From: Candidatus Woesebacteria bacterium RBG_16_42_24
GTDB taxonomy: Bacteria > Patescibacteriota > Microgenomatia > UBA8517
Direction of reading: 5' to 3'
Length of the DNA stretch: 64,000 bases
Assembly: GCA_001792115.1 (NCBI GenBank)
Contig: MGFX01000001.1
Location: forward strand, 240,606 to 304,605
Shown: positions 40,416 to 48,114 of the stretch, piece by piece
How positions within the stretch are numbered: position 1 is the stretch's first letter
How the letters are laid out: every line of letters begins with the position of its first letter
Notes under the pieces: model-generated
Database searches by the model: none
What the model was told of the DNA's origin: nothing
The model's input: the letters and a program-made list of their open reading frames with translations, nothing else
Translations under genes and position numbers: made by a program

Positions 40416-40419
40416 GCAC

Positions 40420-40448
40420 AAAAAAATCCCAAATTTCTTTGGGATTTT
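40420..40448. terminator. Bidirectional-looking intrinsic terminator
   Basis: aaaatcccaaa-tttc-tttgggatttt with an A-run on the left. Confidence 0.7.
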
Positions 40449-40525
40449 CCGACCACGTCTCTAGACGGGTAGTTCCCGACACGCCACCATCCGGTAACAG
40501 TTCGAGATACAGGTCTTTGTATCTA
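40420..40525 (-). ncRNA. Candidate small RNA convergent with DUF3800 gene 1
   Basis: Minus-strand TTGACA-16-TATATT (40555-40528), internal hairpins including CC-GGAU-GG, and an intrinsic terminator at 40420-40448. Confidence 0.55.
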
Positions 40526-40658
40526 TGAATATACTAAATTTGGTATATTTGTCAACCCCGATTCCAAAACCTCCCTCTTTCTATGCCCTCAGCACTGTGT
40601 ACTAAGACTATGTTATGAACTATGCTCTATGCGCTATCTATAGTAGAATACGGGCAGA

Positions 40659-41474
40659 ATGAAAAAGCAAAACAGCACCCCCAAACTTCTTCCGGAAAAA
40701 GTAATTAGACCCCGGGTTTCTCCCGAGGAAGTCGGTAGGTACTATCTGAAATCAGAATTAGGACGCATCTTTCCTGGACAAAAAGAGATTAGGGAAAATC
40801 TGGACAGAAGGATTGATAAACTCGATAGCTTTGAATTCTGGAGACTCCTTCAGGCTCTATCCTTCGCCTACAGATTAAATTATATATTTCTTTTCGTGGG
40901 AAATTCCGGTTATTCATGGAGCGAGGAGACATGGCGTATTTCGCGCCTCACACTTACTGGGATAAACCCCGACATAAATGCAATCACTTTTTCCCCCGAA
41001 ATTAGTAGGTCTCCTATCAAATTTCGCGATTTTCTTAAGAAATATTTTGCCGATCACCCCCAAGACGATCCTCAGAAGCTTAATGAGTTTCGCCCGAGCC
41101 AAAGGCCCATTGACTACCCCAGGATAATATTAAGGGAAGACGAAGCTAATATACTTCTTCTGGATGGATCAAATAGGCTAATTGAGCTAATGTTTAGACA
41201 AGAGGAGGAGGTAGTTGCTTTTATCGGCAGAAAGAATGGTAAAAAGGAGAAATTTAGAATAGGAGATAGCACCTTCTTACTTTTGAGAAATCTTTATGAA
41301 AAAGGGGATTCCCAGGAGAGGCGTGCGGTGTTAAAGGTTGTAAAGATGCTTTTGGGCATAAGCCTGGATGGCAGACGGGCGGTTGAGAATTACTGGGTAA
41401 GACATCCTCGTGACGAAAAGCTAAAGGCAGTCGGCCGAAGCCTATTAAAAGCACATACTTCTAAGTCGACATAA
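40659..41474 (+). CDS. Hypothetical protein with a ParB/Srx-like motif
   Basis: PRIILRE...LLLDGSNRL resembles the ParB DGxHR motif. Confidence 0.5.
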   Translation: MKKQNSTPKLLPEKVIRPRVSPEEVGRYYLKSELGRIFPGQKEIRENLDRRIDKLDSFEFWRLLQALSFAYRLNYIFLFVGNSGYSWSEETWRISRLTLTGINPDINAITFSPEISRSPIKFRDFLKKYFADHPQDDPQKLNEFRPSQRPIDYPRIILREDEANILLLDGSNRLIELMFRQEEEVVAFIGRKNGKKEKFRIGDSTFLLLRNLYEKGDSQERRAVLKVVKMLLGISLDGRRAVENYWVRHPRDEKLKAVGRSLLKAHTSKST

Positions 41475-41580
41475 CTTCCAAATCTTACCTTCCCTATGCA
41501 CTCTGATCTATGTACTAAACACTAATAACATTCTGGCAACTTTAGCCTTAACTCCGGAAAAGTGCTAAAATGCGGGCCAA

Positions 41581-42216
41581 ATGGCATATATTTTTCTCGA
41601 CGAATCGGGTGACCTAGGATTTAACCCCAAAAAGAAAAGTTCAAAATATTTTGTAGTAACGGTTTTGACTACATCAGACAAGAAACCCATAGAAAAATTA
41701 GTTAAGAAGGTTCATTCTAAGCTGAGAAAGAAAATAAGAAAGTTAAGTGGAGGCATTCTCCACGCCTATAAAGAGAAACCTTCCACTAAAAAAAGGATCC
41801 TTTCCGGCCTTGCTGGTATTGATTGTCTAATAATGGCTATTTATCTAAACAAATCAAAGGTATACACCAAACTGAAGGAAGAAAAACATATTTTATATAA
41901 CTATGTGGCCAATATTCTTTTAGATAGGATTATGAGAAAACGATTTACTTTCTCAAGAAGCAAAATATTCTTAATTGCCTCCAAAAGGGAGACTAACAAG
42001 TTTTTAAACGAAAATTTTAAAAACTATCTCAAAAATCAGGTATCAAATAGGCATAAAGTAGATATGGCAGTAGAGATAAAAACCCCAGCCCAAGAAAGGT
42101 CTTTGCAGGCAGTCGACTTTGTATCCTGGTCGATATTCAGAAAATACGAGCATGGAGACGAAACCTATTATAATTTGATTAAGAGCAAGGTAATTGAAGA
42201 AAATTCTCTCTTCTAA
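41581..42216 (+). CDS. DUF3800-family protein
   Basis: IFLDESGDLG at N-terminus, SLQAVDFVSWSIFRKYE. Confidence 0.82.
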   Translation: MAYIFLDESGDLGFNPKKKSSKYFVVTVLTTSDKKPIEKLVKKVHSKLRKKIRKLSGGILHAYKEKPSTKKRILSGLAGIDCLIMAIYLNKSKVYTKLKEEKHILYNYVANILLDRIMRKRFTFSRSKIFLIASKRETNKFLNENFKNYLKNQVSNRHKVDMAVEIKTPAQERSLQAVDFVSWSIFRKYEHGDETYYNLIKSKVIEENSLF

Positions 42217-42218
42217 AA

Positions 42219-42285
42219 CGCAAAACCCTGTGCGCTATTTCTGAGCAACCATCCGGAAGCCCACGCACAAGGATTTACTTGCAAC
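42219..42285 (-). ncRNA. Candidate small RNA convergent with DUF3800 gene 2
   Basis: Minus-strand TATAAT (42295-42290); long stem enclosing the same CCGGAUGGU hairpin; a G-U pair works only on the minus strand. Confidence 0.5.
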
Positions 42286-42410
42286 CCCTATTATACATAG
42301 CTGTCAAGTCATTTACCATACCCTCTAAACCTGAATCATAAATCTAAGTTCGTTTGCTTTCCCTGGCAAATTTAGCCTCAACTCCGGAAAAGTGCTAAAA
42401 TACGGGCAGG

Positions 42411-42779
42411 ATGCAGAAGAAATATCGCATTGGTGAAATTGCCGCACTTACAGAAAAGATCAAAAAGTTTAGAGATGAGCGGGATTGGAAACAATTTCAT
42501 AACCATAAAGATATGGCGATTTCCCTCGTTTTAGAGGCTACGGAAGTTTTAGAACACTTTCAGTGGAGAACTCCAGAGGAGGGTGAGGAACGGGCAAGAA
42601 GCCATAAAGAAGAACTCGCGGATGAACTGGCAGATGTAACCTATTTTCTCTTCGAACTTGCCGACAACCTCAAAATAGATTTAGGTAAGGCTTTAATTTC
42701 AAAATTAGAAAAGAACGTAACTAAATATCCTATAGAAAAATCAAAGGGTAAAAATTTAAAATATACGGAATTAAAATAA
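42411..42779 (+). CDS. MazG-like nucleotide pyrophosphohydrolase
   Basis: FRDERDWKQFH, EATEVLEHFQW, DELADV, N..KYP. Confidence 0.9.
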   Translation: MQKKYRIGEIAALTEKIKKFRDERDWKQFHNHKDMAISLVLEATEVLEHFQWRTPEEGEERARSHKEELADELADVTYFLFELADNLKIDLGKALISKLEKNVTKYPIEKSKGKNLKYTELK

Positions 42780-42928
42780 ATAAACTGACCTCTTTGTAAA
42801 AATAGCCCCAAACCTTCTGGCAAATTTAGCCTTAAGGTCTTCACTAAAGATTCTGGAAAAGTGATAAACTGACCATTGACAATATTTCTAGATTTGAATA
42901 AATTGTAATAACCAAATAAAACCCGAAT

Positions 42929-44125
42929 ATGGATACTGTTCTAATTCCGACTACTCATATTAAAAGTACATACGAAGAAGTTCCAATAACCAATTTTTCA
43001 TCTATAAATTCCAACACCCCGTTAGATTCGTTAAATTTAAATTGGAGGGAAAGAGACCTTCCGGAAAGAACTAGAACTAAGCACGTACATAGACTTCACC
43101 CGTATTTAGGTAAGTTTATCCCCCAGCTCGTAGAAATTTTTTTAAGAAAATACAAACCTAAACTTGTATATGATCCTTTCGTGGGCAGTGGTACAACCCT
43201 GGTGGAAGCAAATACGCTTGGCATTGATTCGGTGGGAACCGATATTTCTGCTTTTAACATTTTACTTTCAAAAGTAAAAACTGATAAATATAACATCCCG
43301 GCCTTAGAAAAAGAGGTTAATGAAATCTTGCGAAGATTGTCTTTGTATAAAAGCAAATTTTCAAAGGACGAGAAAGTAAACAAATTATTTCAGACAGATA
43401 ATCCTTATATTCACGAGTGGTTTGCACCAAACACCCAGAAAGAACTGCTTTGTTATTTAAGATTGATAAAAGATTATACCTATCAGGATTTATTAGAGAT
43501 TATTTTGTCCCGCGCTGCCCGTTCTGCCCGTTTGGTTACACATTATGATTTAGATTTTCCGAAGAAACCCCAGACGACACCTTACTTTTGTTATAAACAC
43601 AGAAGAATATGCAAACCAACAGAAGAAGCATATAAATTTTTATATCGGTATACTATTGACACTCTGCAAAGAATAAAAGAATACGCAAAAATTAAAACGG
43701 GCGCGAAAGTGGTTTTGAATCATGGCGATTCTAGGGAAGTAAAACTACCGAAGGGAATTGATATGGTTTTTACCTCACCGCCTTATATAGGGCTTATTGA
43801 TTACCACGAACAACATAGATATGCATATGAATTTTTAGGTCTAAAAAATAATGAGACAAAGGAGATTGGGCCTGCGAAAAAGGGCCAATCTGATCAAGCA
43901 AGAAAAGAGTATATGAAAGGGATAAATGATGTATTGTTACATACCCGTGATTATGTCGCTAAGGATGGGTTGGCAATTATTGTGGTAAATGATAAATTTA
44001 GACTCTATGCACCTGAAGAGGTGGGTTTTAAATCTGTTGGCAAAGTGGAAAGACACGTCAATAGGCGCACCGGTAGAAGAAATGGTGCATTTTATGAAAG
44101 TATTTTAATCTGGCAAAAAACATGA
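42929..44125 (+). CDS. Type II amino-DNA methyltransferase, probably m4C
   Basis: HPYLGKFIPQ, motif I DPFVGSGTT, motif IV TSPPY. Confidence 0.9.
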   Translation: MDTVLIPTTHIKSTYEEVPITNFSSINSNTPLDSLNLNWRERDLPERTRTKHVHRLHPYLGKFIPQLVEIFLRKYKPKLVYDPFVGSGTTLVEANTLGIDSVGTDISAFNILLSKVKTDKYNIPALEKEVNEILRRLSLYKSKFSKDEKVNKLFQTDNPYIHEWFAPNTQKELLCYLRLIKDYTYQDLLEIILSRAARSARLVTHYDLDFPKKPQTTPYFCYKHRRICKPTEEAYKFLYRYTIDTLQRIKEYAKIKTGAKVVLNHGDSREVKLPKGIDMVFTSPPYIGLIDYHEQHRYAYEFLGLKNNETKEIGPAKKGQSDQARKEYMKGINDVLLHTRDYVAKDGLAIIVVNDKFRLYAPEEVGFKSVGKVERHVNRRTGRRNGAFYESILIWQKT

Positions 44126-44958
44126 CAAAAAAAGAAGAAATGAAGAAAGCCATCCAGTCTGTCATCAAATCGATGATGGATGGAGTTATGAATAAGGTAT
44201 TAATTGAAGATCCTTTCATTGCGGAAAACCATAAAGCCAAAAAACCGCTATATGCAGCACTTGTTCCTGATGAAATTTTTAAAGGATCTCATTTTGAAAG
44301 AAGATTTGTAACTCCTTTCGGAAATGCCTGGGAAGAACTGGCAATCGTTGCGGCTAATCAGGGCCTTGGTTTTGGGGAAAGAGCACACAGTATAACAGGG
44401 AGAATAAATGCAGAAAGATTGCGTAGAATTCAACAAATATTAAACACTCTTGAACACCCGGAAAAAGGGAAGAAGAGAATTAAGCCCAATTGGACGCAGG
44501 AACTTAAATATGTTTTGGAAGGCAAGAGTCCTAAGGTCGTTCCCACAACTGTTGTTTGTGACATTTATGTTGAAGATAGAAAAATCGACAAAAAGTATAC
44601 GTTTGAATTAAAAGCACCATTGCCCAATAGTGACCAAACAAAAGTCAGTAAGGAAAAGCTTTTAAAGCTATATAGCATGGATCCATTGGAAATTGATGCT
44701 GCTTATTATGCCTTACCTTATAATCCTTACGGCAAACGAGATGATTACTCCTGGAGCTTCCCTGCGCGCTGGTTCGATATGAAAAAGGATGAAGTTGTGC
44801 TAATCGGAGACGAATTTTGGGAAAAGATAGGAGGAACAGGCACCTATACAGCATTTATAAATGCTGTAAATGAAATTGGTAAAGAGTATAAAGATAGAAT
44901 CTATAGAGAATTTTTAGGTATAGAGCCACCAAGCTCTTTAGCGATGGTCAAGCTTTGA
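44122..44958 (+). CDS. Type II restriction endonuclease, TdeIII/MjaII-like
   Basis: ERRFVTPFG..WE, D...FELKAPLPN, PYNPYG, GDEFWEKIGG; overlaps the MTase stop. Confidence 0.75.
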   Translation: MTKKEEMKKAIQSVIKSMMDGVMNKVLIEDPFIAENHKAKKPLYAALVPDEIFKGSHFERRFVTPFGNAWEELAIVAANQGLGFGERAHSITGRINAERLRRIQQILNTLEHPEKGKKRIKPNWTQELKYVLEGKSPKVVPTTVVCDIYVEDRKIDKKYTFELKAPLPNSDQTKVSKEKLLKLYSMDPLEIDAAYYALPYNPYGKRDDYSWSFPARWFDMKKDEVVLIGDEFWEKIGGTGTYTAFINAVNEIGKEYKDRIYREFLGIEPPSSLAMVKL

Positions 44959-45075
44959 ATAATTCTTAAGCTTATCCAAAAAATTAAAATTTGACCTTTG
45001 AGAAATTTGCGTACGATAATCGTAAATTTGAAGCTAGCTTATATTTTATTCATCAACAAATAAAAGTCATACCAG

Positions 45076-45104
45076 TTGACAAGCCTTTCTATCGGTGATA
45101 GATT
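45076..45104 (+). promoter_or_regulatory. sigma70 promoter of the retron locus
   Basis: TTGACA (45076-45081), 17 nt, TAGATT (45099-45104). Confidence 0.7.
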
Positions 45105-45109
45105 GAAAA

Positions 45110-45688
45110 GTGGAGGATGTAATTCCTTTCCGCTCTTTTAAATCTCACCCAGCTATCAATTAACCCTATCGCTCTATAAATGAGCAAACCAGCTTGTCTG
45201 GTTACTTATGGTGTCTGGAAAGACACCGCAGAGGTTTCGACCTCTGCCTTTTCAGGGGCCAAATATGGCACTCTGGAGAAAGTTATCGTTGATATCCGTG
45301 TAACCTCCTAGAAGAGGCACGTATAGCGACTTGTGCAAAGAAGTTTAGGATTGATCCAGTTTTTTCCTGCAGAGGGCCAAATTGAGGCACATGGTATCTG
45401 CAATACGAAACCATGTTAGACCGAGGTGAGTATTATGAAAAGAGTAAAATTAGACACGATTGTCGAATTCTTCGACAGTCTAGTTTCGGAAGAAAGGCTG
45501 GATCTTGAAACTAGGGGCCAAATAGCGAAAGCTATTAAAGATCTTTCACACGGTTTAGCTATAAAAGACCTGAAACAGGTAAGCAAAGCTGTGGATAGAT
45601 TGTCAAAAAGCCTGCTCAATAATACGTTTCGATCCTAAGCTTTCTTATAAGGTTCCAAACTGGTGCTTTATAAGAGAGCTTAGTTTTT
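45110..45688 (+). ncRNA. Highly structured retron-associated RNA overlapping a small ORF (ncRNA/mRNA hybrid candidate)
   Basis: Back-to-back hairpins, e.g. ggtgtct-GGAA-agacacc 45210-45227, gcagaggt-TTCG-acctctgc 45228-45247, aatagc-GAAA-gctatt 45521-45536, 18-bp stem 45635-45683. Confidence 0.7.
45435..45638 (+). CDS. Small helical protein embedded in the retron RNA, putative effector
   Basis: SD GAGGTG 45423-45428, ATG 45435; 67 aa, amphipathic helices. Confidence 0.65.
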   Translation: MKRVKLDTIVEFFDSLVSEERLDLETRGQIAKAIKDLSHGLAIKDLKQVSKAVDRLSKSLLNNTFRS

Positions 45689-45695
45689 GGCAATC

Positions 45696-45992
45696 ATGAA
45701 TTACGGAAAAGCTATTAAAATATTGCGAAGCGCCAAGAATCTTGAACAACAAGAGCTTGCCAAGAAAATAGGCCTTGATTCTAGCTACATTTCTTTAATT
45801 GAAAATGGTAAAAGAAAACCAAGTCCAAAAACCATTGAAAAAATTTCAGAAAGCTTGTCTATTCCTAAACACCTGTTGCTACTTCTTGCTTCCGATGAAA
45901 AGGATTTGAAAAACGTTCCAAAAAACGAGTCCGCAACAATTGGAAAACAATTGTTAGAAATTCTTATTTCCTCCCAGAATGTCGGGGCATGA
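45696..45992 (+). CDS. XRE-family HTH protein of the retron locus
   Basis: GKAIKILR...QQELAKKIGLDSSYISLIENGKRKPS; overlaps the RT start. Confidence 0.9.
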   Translation: MNYGKAIKILRSAKNLEQQELAKKIGLDSSYISLIENGKRKPSPKTIEKISESLSIPKHLLLLLASDEKDLKNVPKNESATIGKQLLEILISSQNVGA

Positions 45993-47004
45993 ACACCAGC
46001 TAAATATCCCAAGTCCATTTCCAATTTTATCTGTCAATAAATTGGCGTTTATATTAAGAACAAAGCCAAATGAATTAAAGAAATTATCAGAAAACGCCGG
46101 AAACTACTATACCCCATTCGATAGGAAACAAATCAAAGATAACGGAAAGGTAAAGTGGCGGCATATAGATAATCCTGCACCTAAACTTAAGAAAATTCAG
46201 CAAAAAATTAATAGGGTACTTCTGAAGGCTAAGGTAGAGTCGTTGCCAACCGGTATGACTGGGGGTATTAAGGGTAGATCAATTTTTACGAATGCCGCCC
46301 AACATCTTAATCAAAAAGCTGTGGTGACCATTGATTTGAAGGACTGTTTTCCAAGAACCAGTAACAAGCGAATTTTTAGAGTCTGGAGAAACCATCTGGG
46401 TACCAGTGAATGTGTAGCAAATATACTGACAAAGTTAACTACATTTCAGAGAAGATTGCCTCAGGGTTCCCCCACAAGTTCCTCGTTGTGTAATCTAGCG
46501 CTCTTTCCTCTTTTCAAAAAGACAAAAAGGTATTGTCAAAAAGAAAAATTCAACCTAACGTTGTACGTAGACGATATCACTATATCTGGCCAAACTATTC
46601 CGATACGACTCGCGATTGGAAGAATTATAAATTTCATTCAAGAAGAGGGTTATGCTGTCAGAAGGAACAAGATAAAAATTATGACGGCAAGTGTTCAACA
46701 AAAAACGACCGGATTAATTGTCAATAAACAATTGTCAGTTTCTGCAAAAGCACGTGAGGAGATTCGAAAAGAAATATTTATTTTATCAAGACAAGAAATG
46801 TTTTCCTCTAAAAGAATGAGATCTCTTTGGGGTAAAATTAATTACATTAAGAAGGTTTCACCAAAACAGGGGGGGAAATTAGCCAGCTTAGCACACACTC
46901 TTTTGTTGGATACACTAGCGTCTCATAGTTATGAAAATGTGACTTCGGAGAAGGAAGTGACAAGAGAGTGTAAAAATACAAGAAGACATAAATATAGTCT
47001 ATAA
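45979..47004 (+). CDS. Retron-type reverse transcriptase
   Basis: NAAQH (retron region X NAxxH), DLKDCFP, LPQGSPTSS, YVDD, TTGLIV (VTG-like region Y); 341 aa, no maturase or endonuclease domain. Confidence 0.9.
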   Translation: MSGHEHQLNIPSPFPILSVNKLAFILRTKPNELKKLSENAGNYYTPFDRKQIKDNGKVKWRHIDNPAPKLKKIQQKINRVLLKAKVESLPTGMTGGIKGRSIFTNAAQHLNQKAVVTIDLKDCFPRTSNKRIFRVWRNHLGTSECVANILTKLTTFQRRLPQGSPTSSSLCNLALFPLFKKTKRYCQKEKFNLTLYVDDITISGQTIPIRLAIGRIINFIQEEGYAVRRNKIKIMTASVQQKTTGLIVNKQLSVSAKAREEIRKEIFILSRQEMFSSKRMRSLWGKINYIKKVSPKQGGKLASLAHTLLLDTLASHSYENVTSEKEVTRECKNTRRHKYSL

Positions 47005-47112
47005 AAACTGGTTGAGTATTTTTTTTGATATAATTCTTTTGATGTATAAACCTTCGCCATACTTTCCAGAAATCTTGCTATAATCTTCTCATGAAGCAGA
47101 CAGAAAATATCA

Positions 47113-47178
47113 ATGACTATCAACAAAAAATGGCATTTGGAAAACAGGATGCCTGAAAATTTGACCCCATGGTTTTAG
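47113..47178 (+). pseudogene. Possible truncated gene remnant (MTINKKWHLENRMPEN...)
   Basis: Protein-like start that ends shortly after an aaatttgacccc motif, followed by 7-mer repeats. Confidence 0.25.
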
Positions 47179-47345
47179 TGAATCGTGAATAGTGGCTAGT
47201 GATTGGGTTATATTCGCTAAAAATCAATTTTACTACCCCAGCGCTTTATGTATGATAAGATGATATATCATACACAGATTTGATTCAATTCAAAATTATT
47301 CAAAATCGATTAAATTTTCCACCTCGGAGGTGGTATAATCCTGAT

Positions 47346-47591
47346 ATGAGCGCTAATAAATTAGATTATTTGATAAAATTAACCTACGACAAGGACTATA
47401 AAGGTTATGTGGCCGACGTAGTGAATCTGTATGGCTGTATGTCTCAGGGAAAGACAAAGAAAGAGGCTCTGGAGAATGCTGAAAAAGCCATAAAAGCCTA
47501 CATGGAAGCAGTTGCTAAAGAAGGAAAAAATATAGAATTTACCAAAAGAGCTGTAGATATAAACATTCCCCGCTCGTTAGTTAATGCCTAG
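47346..47591 (+). CDS. HicB-like antitoxin
   Basis: GYVADV..L.GCMSQGKTKKEALENAEKAI; TATAAT 47334-47339 supports ATG 47346. Confidence 0.88.
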   Translation: MSANKLDYLIKLTYDKDYKGYVADVVNLYGCMSQGKTKKEALENAEKAIKAYMEAVAKEGKNIEFTKRAVDINIPRSLVNA

Positions 47592-47805
47592 ATTTGCTAA
47601 TATCTCCGGAAGAAAAGCTGTCAAAGCATTTCTGAAATTTGGCTACGTCCACAGTCACTCCTCCGGCGATCATGCAATTCTTCAAAAGAAAGGCGCACCT
47701 ACCTTATCGATCCCATTACACAAGGAGATAGCTCCGTTTTTATTAAAGTCTCAAATTAAAAGAGCGAATATTAGGCCCGATGATTTCCTGAAAGCTTTAA
47801 AATGA
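47584..47805 (+). CDS. HicA-like mRNase toxin
   Basis: KFGY.....GDHAIL, SIPLHKEI...LLKS. Confidence 0.85.
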   Translation: MPRFANISGRKAVKAFLKFGYVHSHSSGDHAILQKKGAPTLSIPLHKEIAPFLLKSQIKRANIRPDDFLKALK

Positions 47806-48114
47806 TCAGTCCGGTAGGTAACCTTTCCCCAATAAATTTGACCCCCTCCGTCGCTAAAGCTTTGAAGAGCTAGGCCATAATCCCAGGTTTAGTTTCAACA
47901 CCATTGTCATTACCCTATAGTCAATTTGCTTTCCTGTGTGAGTCGTGCTATACTTCTTTTCTAGTTGGCAGATTGAAGAAATAGATCTGCTTAATTTTTG
48001 AATTTATTTTGAAGTCGGTAAGATAAAGATACCCCAAATCTTTCGTATTTATTCGTATCTTGTCCCCCACATCACGATTTTCTCATTTAAGCAGTTTTAT
48101 TTCTTTAATACTTT

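Larger units (their letters stand above)
36619..42870 (+). repeat. Dispersed cassette-boundary motif TGGCAAMTTTA(G/A)C, 7 copies at 36619, 37113, 39033, 39745, 41534, 42364 and 42818
   Basis: All on + strand, all intergenic; the 41531-41580 and 42361-42410 copies are nearly identical over 50 bp. Confidence 0.88.

Noticed and set aside
36619-42870. CRISPR array or classical integron attC array
   Set aside because: Repeats are separated by whole genes rather than 30-40 nt spacers, are not attC-type palindromes, and no intI or cas genes are present in the window.
45416-45619. Minus-strand 67-aa ORF in the retron RNA
   Set aside because: It mirrors the + strand ORF, which has an SD, an upstream promoter and the same orientation as the locus.
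45979-47004. RT as a group II intron, DGR or CRISPR-associated RT
   Set aside because: No maturase/endonuclease extension or intron domain V seen, no TR/VR pair or Avd gene, no cas1; the NAxxH and VTG-like motifs favour a retron.
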